DNA of 64,000 bases from Thalia democratica (Eukaryota). Shown piece by piece: positions 40,275 through 53,290 of the stretch. Position 1 is the first letter of the stretch. Every line of letters begins with the position of its first letter. The stretch lies in NCBI GenBank assembly GCA_965202585.1, contig OZ241831.1:31372001-31436000 (forward strand), given 5' to 3'. Made by a program: the position numbers and the translations under genes. Below the pieces are notes generated by a model. That model was not told the DNA's origin, ran no database searches, and saw nothing but the letters and a program-made list of their open reading frames with translations.

Positions 40275-43200
40275 ACGCTAAACAACCGGTCCTTTTTAGG
40301 ACCACCATTTGAATAGAACCAGCTGTTCATGTTTACTTAAAGTACAAGAATATAAGCTTAGTACAAATAAATTCTTATTTGTGTAAATTAAAAACTCATA
40401 TACTTGAATGAACACACTTTTTTTTTTGTTTCAAATACTTTATAAACTTGTAACTCGTTATATTGTAGAAAAAGCATTGCATTAGTCTAAAAACAGTAGT
40501 AGTGCTTGTTATCAAATGGTTTGTAAAAGATGTTTAACTAACTTGATTTTGTTGTCCGTAAGATTTTTCATCTGAATACTTTTTGTACAAAACATTTCAT
40601 TTGCTGAAGTTCTGTTGAAACATTCAATAAATAAGTGCTTACAAAAAAGTATCATCTTTTTAAACATAAATGTATATCACTTATAACATGCAAAAACTTA
40701 GTTGTAACTTTATTTTAAGTTGTTGTTGATTATTAGTAACACAACCGAGCTTTAACTTTTTAAACGAGTTCTTCTTATCAACTTAACTGCAATTGAAGCC
40801 ATGTAACACGTTTTAAAAAGTTACGAATACATAAATGAATACAAAAATGGTTGTTCAAAACAAAAAATTACAGATGTGTTTTTCAAGTAAAATAACATAT
40901 TCCTTCTTTCAAAGCTAACTTCTGTTTAGCATATTCAAGAAACATTTTCAATTCAAAACATAAACACACAAAACAAACCAGCTCATTGGTTGAAACTTGG
41001 TAAAACACAAAAAAGTAACTGCTTGTACTTTTTTAAGTAATTTATTATTCTAGTTTTCAATGTAAAAGGTACTTGTTTTAACTAGATATGACACAACTTA
41101 CTGACCTTTAACAACTCTAGTAGTTTGTTGAAAGTTATGTTTCTACATATCTAAAGTAATCAGGACCACCAGTTGATTTAAGCAGCTACTAATGTCGAGT
41201 AAACAGTGTCTAACAAGCTTAAACTAAGCGACAAAAAAATGTACAAATTTGTATCTACATTGTGCGTGTTGGTAAAAAGTAACAGTTAGTGTATTTCAAT
41301 AACTTCTAAATAAACTTTCTAAAACTGAATTTCTCTGTTTTTATTTCTACTAGTTAGTTACACTTACTTTAGTTTTTGTAGTTCCACTTGACATTTTAAA
41401 CTACTTTTGATAATGTAGAATAAGTTTTTCTGCTTCACTAGTATTTAAATGTTAGGTAAAAATATTTTTTAATGGGAATTTTCTTGTTTAACTTATTGTT
41501 TAAACAAAACTTATTCTAGTTCATTTTACTTTGTAAACTTGTTTTTCAAACACTCAATAGATATTTGTTGTTAGTTTAATAAAAAAATCAATCTGTCACT
41601 AAATAAAAATTTATGCTTAAATAAGACATTATATTAAATGAGAAGAAAAATTTACTTTGCGTTGATACTAAAAATGCTCAATGATATTTATTTAAGGTCT
41701 GATTGTCAAATAAGTATTAGTTTTATTTATCAGAATGCAAATGAAACAATAAAAAACTGTTTAAAAGTTGAACAGTGAAACTAATGTAGACAACAGTGAT
41801 TGTTTAAAACAAACATACAATTGAAATAATCTTTCTGCTTACAAAGCTCATACTTGTTTTGTTGAACTCATTTTTTCTGTGGCTATGACAAATTACAAAA
41901 TGATTCCACGGTAAAAAAGAACAGCTTGTTACAATTTTTTGTAACTCTTTTTTAAACTATGTATGAGACAACTCAAAACGACGATACTTGTTTGTTTTAA
42001 GCTATGTACTTTTTAAATCTAAAGATTAGGTGGATCACCAATTAATTACACAAGCTACTAATGACTACTAAACTCAACAACACAAATAAACATACTTAAT
42101 CAACTTTGTGGTGATAAAGAATCAAAAACATATTTTCTTCCAAGTTATAAAACCTATTATTTATTAAATACCTAGCTTGCCAAATTTCTCTACTATACTT
42201 TTTTTATGCAACTGTTAAGAAGGGAACTCTGGCTAGATAACTGCTCTAATCCTTACTTTATTGCTTACTATTATCGAATGCTTAGTGAAAAGCTTTAACT
42301 AACTTGAGTGTCTTTTTCGTGGCCTTTTTCCTTTTAACTTTCTTTTCCAAATAAAACTTATTCTCATTAACTTTGTGGACATTTTTTAATTCAATATTTC
42401 ATTTGTTTTTTAGTTTATTAAAAAAAAAACTGTGCCTACGTCACTGTAAAATCTATTTGTATTTTTCAATGAAAATAGTACGCTTAAACAGAAATAAAAA
42501 TAAAACTTTGACTTATTAACTGAAAACGTTTTAAACTGTTAATAACAAACAATGTTTAGTGTCCTTAAAAAATACTGTTCAATTACAATTAAACTACAAC
42601 TGAAACATGCTTAACAATTCAAAACTGGTGTAACACATAAATGTAAACAACATCGATTGTTCAAAAGAAAGAGAACACTATTAACAAGTACACAATTTAC
42701 AAAACAAAATACCTTAATAAAATGATGAACTTGTATATATAAATCGTTTATATTACATCTACTTACTTGATTTAAGCTTTCTAATCTTGTCAAGCATATG
42801 AAATAAACCAATTGATTAGCTAAAACATGGTACAAAGAAAAGAAGTAAAAAACTTGTTACCACTTGTTTGTTACCCTTATGTACGCTATACATAAGAAAA
42901 CTAAAATTACTGTAACTTGTTGCTTTAAGCTGTGTAGTTTTTATAAATCTAAAGAAGAAAAAAAAACTGGACAAAGCAAAACCAAAACTTTTTTAGCCTT
43001 CATTTTTTACAGCTTATTATGTGATGGTACAAGTTCCATAATAGGCAAACAACAATGTAAAACTTTAAATCAAGCAAATACTTTGTTTTATATGGTCTAT
43101 AATTTAATAAGATAACAGTTACTTTGTTTCAAGTTTATATGTTATTGCTACAACAGCTATGTTCTTAACGACATCCGAGAATAAAATGTAACTTATCCTA

Positions 43201-44809
43201 AGCTGTGTTTTTAACTACATTAACAGTAAGTTAGAGATAACTAGTTACGAATTTTGAAAAGCAAAACATTTAGTCAATGAAATAAATGGTACAGAACATT
43301 ATGATTAATCTAGGTTGAGTAAACTAGGAAATCACTATTAGCAGTAAAGCAGTTAAAGCACATGTTTAACTTGGTAAACACTTCAATCGTAAACTTTAAA
43401 AAACAGTACTGTTGTTGTTTCAAAATATGTGTCAAGAAAGTAGTAAGTTGTTCTATGTTGTTTCGACTGACTTTAAATTTATGAGAAGTGACAAAACAAA
43501 GTTTGAAAAAAAAACTTAATTGCATTATTTTCCAGTTAAAAAGTTTCAAAGATAGATTGAAAGGTTATGAGTGCTGATTGTAAACAAAGCTTTATTCAAA
43601 CACTAAGTTTGTCAATCTTATTTCAAAACTTTTTCATTTCGATTTTCTTACTCGATTTTATTTTGTATATAATGCTGCTTAAAAAATAAACCAACCTCTT
43701 TTTTTACGTAAAATTTTTCATCCAAAAGGTATCAGCTTTTGTTTAAGTTCAAATTTAGTGCTAGTGTGCATAAGCTTTTTCGACTTATTTACTTCTTTGA
43801 ATTTAATTAACTTTATTTTGTTCGGAAAATTTACAACCAAATCCATTTGTTCACTTTTATCAGCACACTTTATTCGGTTGAAATCTGCAAAGTTAAAGTT
43901 CTTAGTTTGATCAAGGTTTAAGTTTAACGAGCAAAATTGCATCAGTTATTTTTTAAACTGTATAACACCTTGAATCAGTTGTTTGAAACACTAATTTTAT
44001 GTTAAACTACTTACCTGTTAAACTAGTTTTCATATACACTGAAAAATAATAAAATTTGTGTTTAAATATAGTTTACAACTTTCAAACAAGTATCATCATA
44101 GTTACTGTACAGCACGTTTTTGAAAGGTTGTTTGGAAAACTTTGTTGTAAGGTAAGTTACTAGTATGTGCAAGAACAAAGTTGTCTAGTCTGTTTAATAA
44201 AAGTTTTGAGTACATTGCTTATGAGTATATTGATTATGAGTAATCATAACTAGTAAAGCTAAACAAAATGAACTCTTTTATTCTTTTGGAATTACTTTTT
44301 ACACATTAGTTTAAACTGTAATTGACTTGAACATACTTGATAGAACTTACGATTAACAAAACTCCATGAAATCGAAATAATGAAATTTTGTTCAAGTTTG
44401 AGGTAAAAAAAACCTTGTGCTTTGTTAAAACTTTATTACTTTAGGTGAGCGGCAAAGGAAAACTCAGTCGGAAGTGTGTTAACATGTTTTGTTTCATTTA
44501 TGTTTTTTTTAATGTATTTAGAGGTGTGCTGTAAGATACAGGCTGTTATTTCTTGACTTTTCAAACTAATGATTTTAAAAAAATTACTTTTAGAACAAGT
44601 TAGATATGGTTTCTTTCTTACTGGAACTTTTTCAACATTCGTAATAAGACAACTAAGTTTTTATAAGCATATATGTATTAAACAAACATGCTAATGCTTA
44701 TATTAAGAAGTAAAAGGTACCTTGCAAAGCATAACTGCTCAACAGTCAATTCGTCACAGTCAGTAACTCTTGCAAGTATCGTTTTGGGTCGCTTTAATAT
44801 TCATTCATC

Positions 44810-45352
44810 ATGTCTACCACAGCAGTAGCAGCAGTACCAGCGCCAGCCGCAGCCAGGTCTTCCAAGAGACCAAGCGCCAAGAAGGCAGAGCACCCTACTT
44901 ACAGGGAAATGATTAGCTCTGCCCTTGGAGCAATGAAGGAACGAAAAGGTACATCCCGCCAGAAGATACAAAAGTTTATCGCGGACACCTACAAGCTTGA
45001 CCTCACAGCTTCTAATTCTCACTTGAAGAGAGCACTTACCAGCGGCGTGACCAAAGGTGCTTTTCTCCAGACTACTGGAAAAGGCGCTTCTGGCTCGTTC
45101 AAGCTTGCTCCAATGCCAGCTGCTGGGCCCAAGAAGAGGACAAAGAAAGTAGCTAAAAAGCCAGCAGCAAAGAAGGCCCCAGCTAAAAAACCAAAAAAGA
45201 AGTGTGCTCCCAAGAAGGCTGCAAAAAAACCAGCAGCCAAAAAGCGACCTGCTAAAAAGTGCGCTCCTAAGAAGGCAGCATCTAAAAAAGCTGCAAGCAA
45301 GAAGAAGAAAGTAACCAAGAAAGCATCCAAGAAGAAGAGCTGCAAAAAATAA
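44810..45352 (+). CDS. H1: Histone H1, edge unit 7 (180 aa; same 18-bp deletion as unit 6)
   Basis: Protein identical to the unit 6 H1; junction at about 45321/45322. Confidence 0.95.
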   Translation: MSTTAVAAVPAPAAARSSKRPSAKKAEHPTYREMISSALGAMKERKGTSRQKIQKFIADTYKLDLTASNSHLKRALTSGVTKGAFLQTTGKGASGSFKLAPMPAAGPKKRTKKVAKKPAAKKAPAKKPKKKCAPKKAAKKPAAKKRPAKKCAPKKAASKKAASKKKKVTKKASKKKSCKK

Positions 45353-45452
45353 GTTGTTCTTTTACCCAAGGTCCTTTTCAGGACCACTCTAACAAAATAT
45401 AACGTAACTCAAAATGCATAAAACAATGCTAAGTTGAAAGTATGCAAATTAG

Positions 45453-45944
<492 letters not shown>

Positions 45945-48885
45945 GCGTTAGCTAAAACCGGTCCTTTTAAGGGCCACCTTAAAACTTTGACAGTGAGAAA
46001 AACTTAAGATATAGACTAATTTGGATGTTATTAACAAATTGAAATTTTTTTTGGCTAGTTATAAAAAAAGCTATTTTTTAATAATTTTTCAGTTTTTTAT
46101 TTTTTAAAGTGGTACTTATGTCTTTAATGAAAAAGTGAAAACTGGAGTTTTTATGGTATTCAATTATGTTACTTGAAGATTTTAAATGTCATTAATATAA
46201 CTTATAAAAAAGTTTGTTTATTATATTAAATACTGAGTTATTTTAAAGTATAAAATATCAAAAGTTATTACTTTTATTTTAACGCCATATTTTTTAACTT
46301 AACCTTAAGAAATATATAAACACAATTATTCAGCTCAAATTAAAAAGGCCTCTTTTAATTTTTTTTTTTACAAAATTCTTTCGTTTATTATTCACTATTA
46401 TCAAATTGAATCAACAACTTAAGATCTCTTATAGATAATTATAGGCTCAAAACATTATATTGTGTTTTATAATTTGTAAATTAAAATATCATTTGTGTCC
46501 TATATGTACACAGCTTGACTTTTTTATTATTTTTCAGCTGACAAGTAAGTTACAATTATGTAGTACAGTTTATTATATACTTAAAAATGTCGAACAGTTT
46601 TAACAATATATAAAAAGATAGAAATTAAGATACAAAAATAAGTATAAAATATTTAAAACTGAAATCATTATATTTTTTACTAAATCAAAATTAGTAATGA
46701 ATAATAGGTATTTTGTTGCTTTCGTTTACAAACTTTTTATTTAAACAATAATTATTAACAAGTTAATAAAACTGAAATAAAGTATTAACTGTATGTCGTT
46801 ATCATTTAAGTTTAGTAAAATTTAATTTGTATTCAGTCCAATATTTTATTTTGAAAATTAGTAATGAAAAAATAAGAAAACAAGTAGGATATTGTTTATT
46901 TAAATTTTAAAAGTTAAGAACTTTTTGGAGTTGTTGTAATACTAAAGAAACTAATTTAATAAGTTAATAAAAGGCATATAACTTGGATTAAGAAAAGATA
47001 ACTATTTGTTACTGAAAGCAAAAAAAAACATTTAAATTCGAACAAATAAAGTCTTAAGACTTAACTTTTTATCTTAAGCTATAATAAATTTATAAACTTT
47101 TCATACTATGTTTAATTAACGGATAATCGTGTCAAAACAAAACGGTCCGATCAAACAAAGTTAGTATTCGGAAATAAAGTAACTGACGTAATCGGACCAG
47201 TTGTAAATGGTGTTTATGTTCGAGTTGTTGTGGTGGTACTTTATATTTTGTCAGTTTTTAGTTACAATTTCATAAAAGTTCGGTATGTAAATTTAAAACA
47301 TCGTTTAAAAAAGTTTTAAAGAAGTGCTTTTCCCGTGTACAGTACTTAAAGTTTTGATAGCTTACACTACTTAAACTATACAATAAGACTTTTTATATCA
47401 TTTTATTCATAACGAAAAATTGTTGATATTTTATTTTACTAAATACAATTTCTTAAAGTGTTTATAAAAATATTAATCGAAAGTAATTAGATTTTAAAAC
47501 AATGAATAAAAATAAGTATTTTAAGAAAGCCTTTTTAACGCTTAGGAACAATCGTAATATAAACCAAAACTTAAATATATCTACACGTTGTTTGAGCAGT
47601 ATTTATAGTTTCCGCTATATTAAGTATAACAAACGAAAAACGACCCATTACTTATAAAAAATTCTATTTGTTTTATAGGTTAAGTAAATAACTGCTTTCA
47701 AAAAAATTATTTAAATTATACATTTATTCTGTTAATAAATAAATAAAAAACTTTTTAAGGAAAAGTGTATAGAGAAAGAAAAAATTTTGTACTTACTTAT
47801 TATATTTAACAGAAAAAAATTAATGTATGTTAAAACGATAAAAAAATGTTAAGCTACTTTTCAATATGCGTGTGGTACGAATAGGACTAATAAAATATAC
47901 AAATCTGTAAAAAGGAAAGTTTTTTTACTTTAAAGTAAACAAATTATTTAAAGAAAAAGTGTCGCTAGTTTAGCTCAGATCACTATTTTAAAAACAATTC
48001 TTTAACTTTTATGAATTTAGTACAACAAGTTTTTATTAAAAACATATAGAAATTTAGTACAAATATTTTTAGAATAGTTGCAAATTTAATAACATTGCAA
48101 GTTCACGCAGGGCATAGCTCACTTATTAAATACAAGTTATAATAAAAAGTAATAGATTGCTTAGTCTATATATAGCCAAAAACAACTAAACAACATTGAA
48201 ATAGTTAAGTGTGACTTGAAATGTTTTTATTAAACTTGTAGGTTTACGCTTTCTTATTAAATTTAAAAAACAAGTAAGTTTTCTAAAAACACAAAGCAGT
48301 TATGTAATATCTAAATTGAAGCTTAATAACTGTATAATTTGTTGTTTTGTCTTTACCATAAGTACTTGACAAGTAATAGATGCAAAATACTTGTAAACCT
48401 CTAAAAATATAGAAGTTTGTCTACTCTTGGTAATTAAAAGTGTTTACATAAAAGTTTCAAAACAAAAAACAACTTATTAAGTATATAAAAGCTTTACAGG
48501 AACGCATTTTGCTTATTGCATACTAGCTTCTATAACAAAGACTAAGCTATAATATATCTATAAAATAAATATAAATTATAGCTTTTTCAATTTAAAAAAA
48601 CTTGATTTTAGTATGATTTAATTTTTTAATGTTTATGTGTACCTTATGTTTGTAAACAAAAAGTTTTACACACGTAGAAGTTAACTAGATTAAAAATTTT
48701 GTTTAATGTTGCAGAAAAATTTTTGTTGGTTTTTTTTATTATTATATATATAAATGTTGAAATATTCACAAATAAATAAAAACAAAAAAAAAGTTTAACA
48801 ATAGTTATGTCCTTAAATTTTCAAAGCCAATTACAAATTGTTTATTATTTTTAAATAAATTGTTGCAGATTTTAGGACAGCACAA

Positions 48886-48990
48886 TGCGTACTTAACTGG
48901 CAGTGAATACCTAAGAAATGCGTACTTAAGCGGCAAATTAGCAAAAAAAAATTGTGAACCCCCTTTGAAAAAAGTCTAGACACACCCCTG
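48886..48990. repeat. Dispersed repeat, copy 1; probable terminus of a hAT (Buster/Charlie-type) non-autonomous element
   Basis: About 105 bp closely matching 58412-58516; internal direct repeat TGCGTACTTAA..GGCA; ends in CCCTG followed by GTCTAAAT (nTnTAnAn target pattern). Confidence 0.7.
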
Positions 48991-50980
48991 GTCTAAATAC
49001 ATTAGATCATGATTTTAAACTCGAACTTTTTTACGACTTAGTTCAGTTTGTTTAGTTCTATATTATGAGTTGGGTAATGTAAGATTCGAAGTCAGATGCA
49101 GCTGGCTAATAGAGAACTTAGCTCCGCGACGTCTTATATCGCTTGAAAACAGCTTATGCAAATTAAAAAAAAACACCTTTTTCTGATCGAAATCTTAATG
49201 AGACTTTTAGCAAAAAATTTTCTATCAAATAATTATATAATTACAGTTTTTTTTTTACGTAGTCTTTACAACCTTTTTCAGTACTGGTTTTCAAAAGTAC
49301 GCTCCCACTTAGATATTTTGTAACAAGTGTGTCCACAAAATACTTTTTTTTTTTAATTTTCCGATCCGACTAATAGTAAAATAATTCACTAATTTATTAA
49401 GTGTTGGGGCTTTCAAACTTCTACCTAGTTAATTCAAGCTGCTTTTCAAAAAAAAAATCAATTGTAATATTTTCAACTTAATTATTTTTTTTACAACGGT
49501 TTAAATTAAATTATTTACATTTTAAGAAAACTATTTTACTGTTCTAACAAAATACAACTTTAAAACTTTTCTCAAAATAGAACGTTTTCTTAGTTCAAAT
49601 AACACCTACTAAGTGTGTTTATACTAAAATTATATTGATGTAATTTTAATTAAAATACAAATATTCATAGTCAGTAATTTTCCTTTATGTGATAAATATT
49701 GAAAACTGTATATCAATTTATGGACTATAATTTTTTTTTAAATAAACTCAACAGTTTAAAAAATACATACTTTGAAAATTTCAAATATCTAAAAATTCAA
49801 AACTGTAAATAAAGTTGTTCTACGCTAGTTGTTCTAAAGTCTTCTAAGTGGTTTACAAATATATCAGCAAACTAGTTAACAAATATTCACAAAAATATTT
49901 AAAACACTTAATGATTTGCTACAAAAATGTACTTAACAAGAGATTTTAAAAATATATAAGCTAAATGTTGTTACTCATTAAACGATTTATCGAGGTACGT
50001 AGTTTTATTAAACTTCATGCCACGATTTATTTTTTAATTGTATGTTCAAAAGCAAGTTTTGTGCTTAAAAATGACTTTTTTTTTAATTTTCAAAGTTTTT
50101 CTTACTTTAAAGTGTACACGTTTATAACACAATTTTGTTTAGTTAGTTTAGTTTTATATTTTTGTTATGAATTTTACATTTATTGACCATTTTAAAAAGT
50201 TTAAAAAACAACTAATTCATTTTTATTTATCTTTTATGTATGAATCAATTTTGCTTTGATTTTAGTTTTATTTCTTTTATTTCAAGATTGTATATAAAAA
50301 AATGTTTTTTTTGTTAAATATTGATCATTAAAGTTATCATTATACGCAAGTGACTGGACACTATAAAAAAATTGAAACAATTTCCTTTACTTTTGTTTGA
50401 AAAATAAAAGATTCATTTTTTCAGTTTTCTAAAAACTTTACATGCAATAGCTTCATTGGATTATAATTTGTACAATTCAATTAATTAAACTATTAAAATT
50501 GCTCAAAAACTGTTTTTTAGATTAGTTTGATCTATACTTCTAAACATTAATAGAAATGAGTATTGTAAAAAAGCTAATGTATTGCGATGTGCTTATATTT
50601 GTTAGTTGGGAAAAAATGTAAAGTTTAAATGAAGTGCAACTTTAATTAATTATATAATTAGAAAAAAACAAGTTTTAATACTTTTGTATCATAATATAAC
50701 AGTTTGAAAATTATTTTTTTTAAGTATGTGCATAAGTAAAAGTTGTTTGTATCGTTTAATAATTAGCTTTTTTAAGTGTGGAATAGTATTCTTTAATAGA
50801 AATAACACTGACTGGAGTATCTCTTATTTGATTTTGCAGTCAAAGAGTTTTGCATATATACGTTTAATTAATAATCTAAAATATCAATAAGCCTGAAAAC
50901 TTATACGGACAGTCATTCTTCGTTTTTCCTTAAATATAAGTAGCAAATTAAGATTATTTTTTATTATTAGATAAGTTGAG

Positions 50981-52469
50981 ATGAGTTGTAATTCTTACAT
51001 TTACATCGACAATATAAGAAACATAAAGTGCGGGGAATTTCTGTTTGTCTACAAAGATTTAAATTTCGATGAGTCTGTTGAGTTTTGCAAAAATCAAAAC
51101 TATCAGCTCGCAAAGATAAAAATCAAGCAAGGTGAGGTTGTTGGTGAAGTCGTACAGTACACATATCAAACTGGAGGTTTAATGCGTATAGGTTTGAAAT
51201 TTTTGAATAATAATGGAACTTGGTCTGGGAAGTGGGCTGATGGGGAAAAATATGATGAAATATCCAGCGGAGAAATAGAAATTTACGGGAATGATGAAAA
51301 TGATAGCTGTTACGAAGTGGTTGTAGACACGATGGAAATGAAACCTGTTTATAAAATAAAGTGTGGTTATAAAATGATCTTTTCATGTAAAAAGTCAGAA
51401 AACAATGTGACCATAAAATCAATGACATTCTTAACCAAGTTATTTAGTTTATAGTAAAATAAAAGCAACAAATTCATTGTCTTCCACTAATGATGCTTCT
51501 CATACAACTTACAAGTCTGTTGTAGCTTCTATACAGGCATCTGTAGACACAACAGCTTTACTGTCTTCATCTAAAAGTTTGAGAAATGGTTCTTTTATTA
51601 CAACTATTGAGTCTGATTCAGCCTTTATAAACACATCTGTAAACATAACAACTTTATTACCTTTATCTAAAATTTTGAGCAATAGTTCTTTTATTACAAC
51701 TACAGAGTCAGACATAGGTTTTGATAGGAAATTTACAAACAGAACAACTTCAAACCCAGGTAGTTTTTTAAACACTAATGCATATAAACGTGGTTGCCAT
51801 AACAATGAAACTTTATTGATTGGGATAAGCTTTGCATTGTGTTTAGTTTTTATTATTTTCCTCCTTTTACTTGCTTATTACATCAAAAGTAATAAACGAA
51901 GCATACGGAACAAAAAAAGGAAAAATATTGAAATGTCTACAATCCGATTCTCACCAGTTGAAGTTGATGAAACCAAATTTTATGATGTCATACTGACAGA
52001 GAATAACCTCACTAGGAATAACGTCACACCAGTTGCAAACGTGGAAAACACAGAACACAAAATCGATGTTTCGCTTCCAATTTCATGTGATGCTTGTCAC
52101 AACAACGTCATTACTCCGTTTTGTCCAAGTCATGATGACGTCATATCGACAAAAAATGACATCACAACAGATGAAAGTTTGAAAAGTGCAGAGTTACAAT
52201 TAGAAAATTTTTTAGCCTCGCTACCAATTTCGTGTGATGTTGCTAAAAATGACGTCATAATTACGCGTGATGTTGACACCAATGAAGTAAGCGATATAGA
52301 AGGATCAACTGAAACTAATAAACACTCTGTTGACCCCGATGAAGATTATAGCTTCTGGATTCACGTTTCTGAGTTTGTAAAAATGATTAATCTTTCTTAT
52401 GTTTTTTATAGTGAAAATAAAACTAAACAACTTCAAAATAATATGTCACTTTTGACTTATTTTATTTAA
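50981..52469 (+). CDS. Type I membrane protein: C-type lectin-like domain, Ser/Thr-rich stalk, transmembrane helix and Tyr-containing cytoplasmic tail; gene model incomplete (signal peptide and 3' end uncertain)
   Basis: The CTLD pattern FDESVEFC...LAKI...RIGL...WSGKWADG...C...C...FSC lies in 50981-51454. The stalk, TM helix (51813-51884) and KSNKRSIRNKKRK lie in the adjacent frame. A GT-AG intron at 51394-51454 would join the two frames. Confidence 0.7.
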
Positions 52470-53223
52470 TGATTTTTTTTTTTTCTTAATCTAATAAAAG
52501 ATGTATGTATTTGTCTTTTAGATAATTGCAGAAACTATTATAAGTGTATAAAGAAAGTTTATTGGAGCTGATACGTTGGAGTCTTATAAGCTGAAGTAGT
52601 AATAAATTGAATCTTAAACTGTCACGAAAAAAGATTAACAGTTTTATGTATAATATACAACGGTTTTAAAACGGATTTGTTTTTGTTTTATACTTCTATT
52701 CTAATCCATAATACGAATATAATACTTATATATTTAGTAAACCGAACTGATTAAAACTTAAACAAATACACGAAAGTTAAACGTTAGTCAATGGTCTTCA
52801 ATTATAGAGCTTACAAAAGTTTTAACCATTTATTACAATTATAAGTCATAAAACGTTATTGACTAATATTAATAAAGCGTTTTATTAAAATTCCACTTAG
52901 TCGTATATTTTTTATTCATATATATATAATCTTGAAATATTACTTTTGAGTTCAAAATCTAAAATTATTTTTATAAAATTGCTATTAAATGTTTATGAGT
53001 TTTTTGTATTAATTAGTTTTAAATACTAAAAAACTATTGTTAAGTTTATAAACAAAAAATAATGAAAAATTTAAATTAATTAAACATTAAATTTATGATA
53101 TTTTTTAGTTTCAACTTGAAAAAAAAATTAAGTAAAAGACAGAAAAAAAACTTTAAAGAGAACTTTAGTTATGTTAATTAACTACGAAAGTAAATCCGAT
53201 TAAAAAAGCTCAATTATGTATAC

Positions 53224-53290
53224 CAGGAGTCGGCAGGCAGTTGGTGCTCGCGGGTTAAATTTCAAGGTTCCTAAGTTTACGCGGGTCGCA
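53224..53290 (+). mobile_element. Probable left end of a hAT-Charlie-like MITE
   Basis: CAGGAGTCGGCA...CGCGGG x2, a GC island in AT-rich DNA, preceded by ATGTATAC (nTnTAnAn). I found no matching right end. Confidence 0.35.

Noticed and set aside
49965-50186. 73-aa ORF, plus 53216-53410, 56941-57135, 51123-51428 and 51509-51805
   Set aside because: The first is low-complexity AT-rich sequence; the others overlap a MITE end or are antisense to the transposase or lectin gene.
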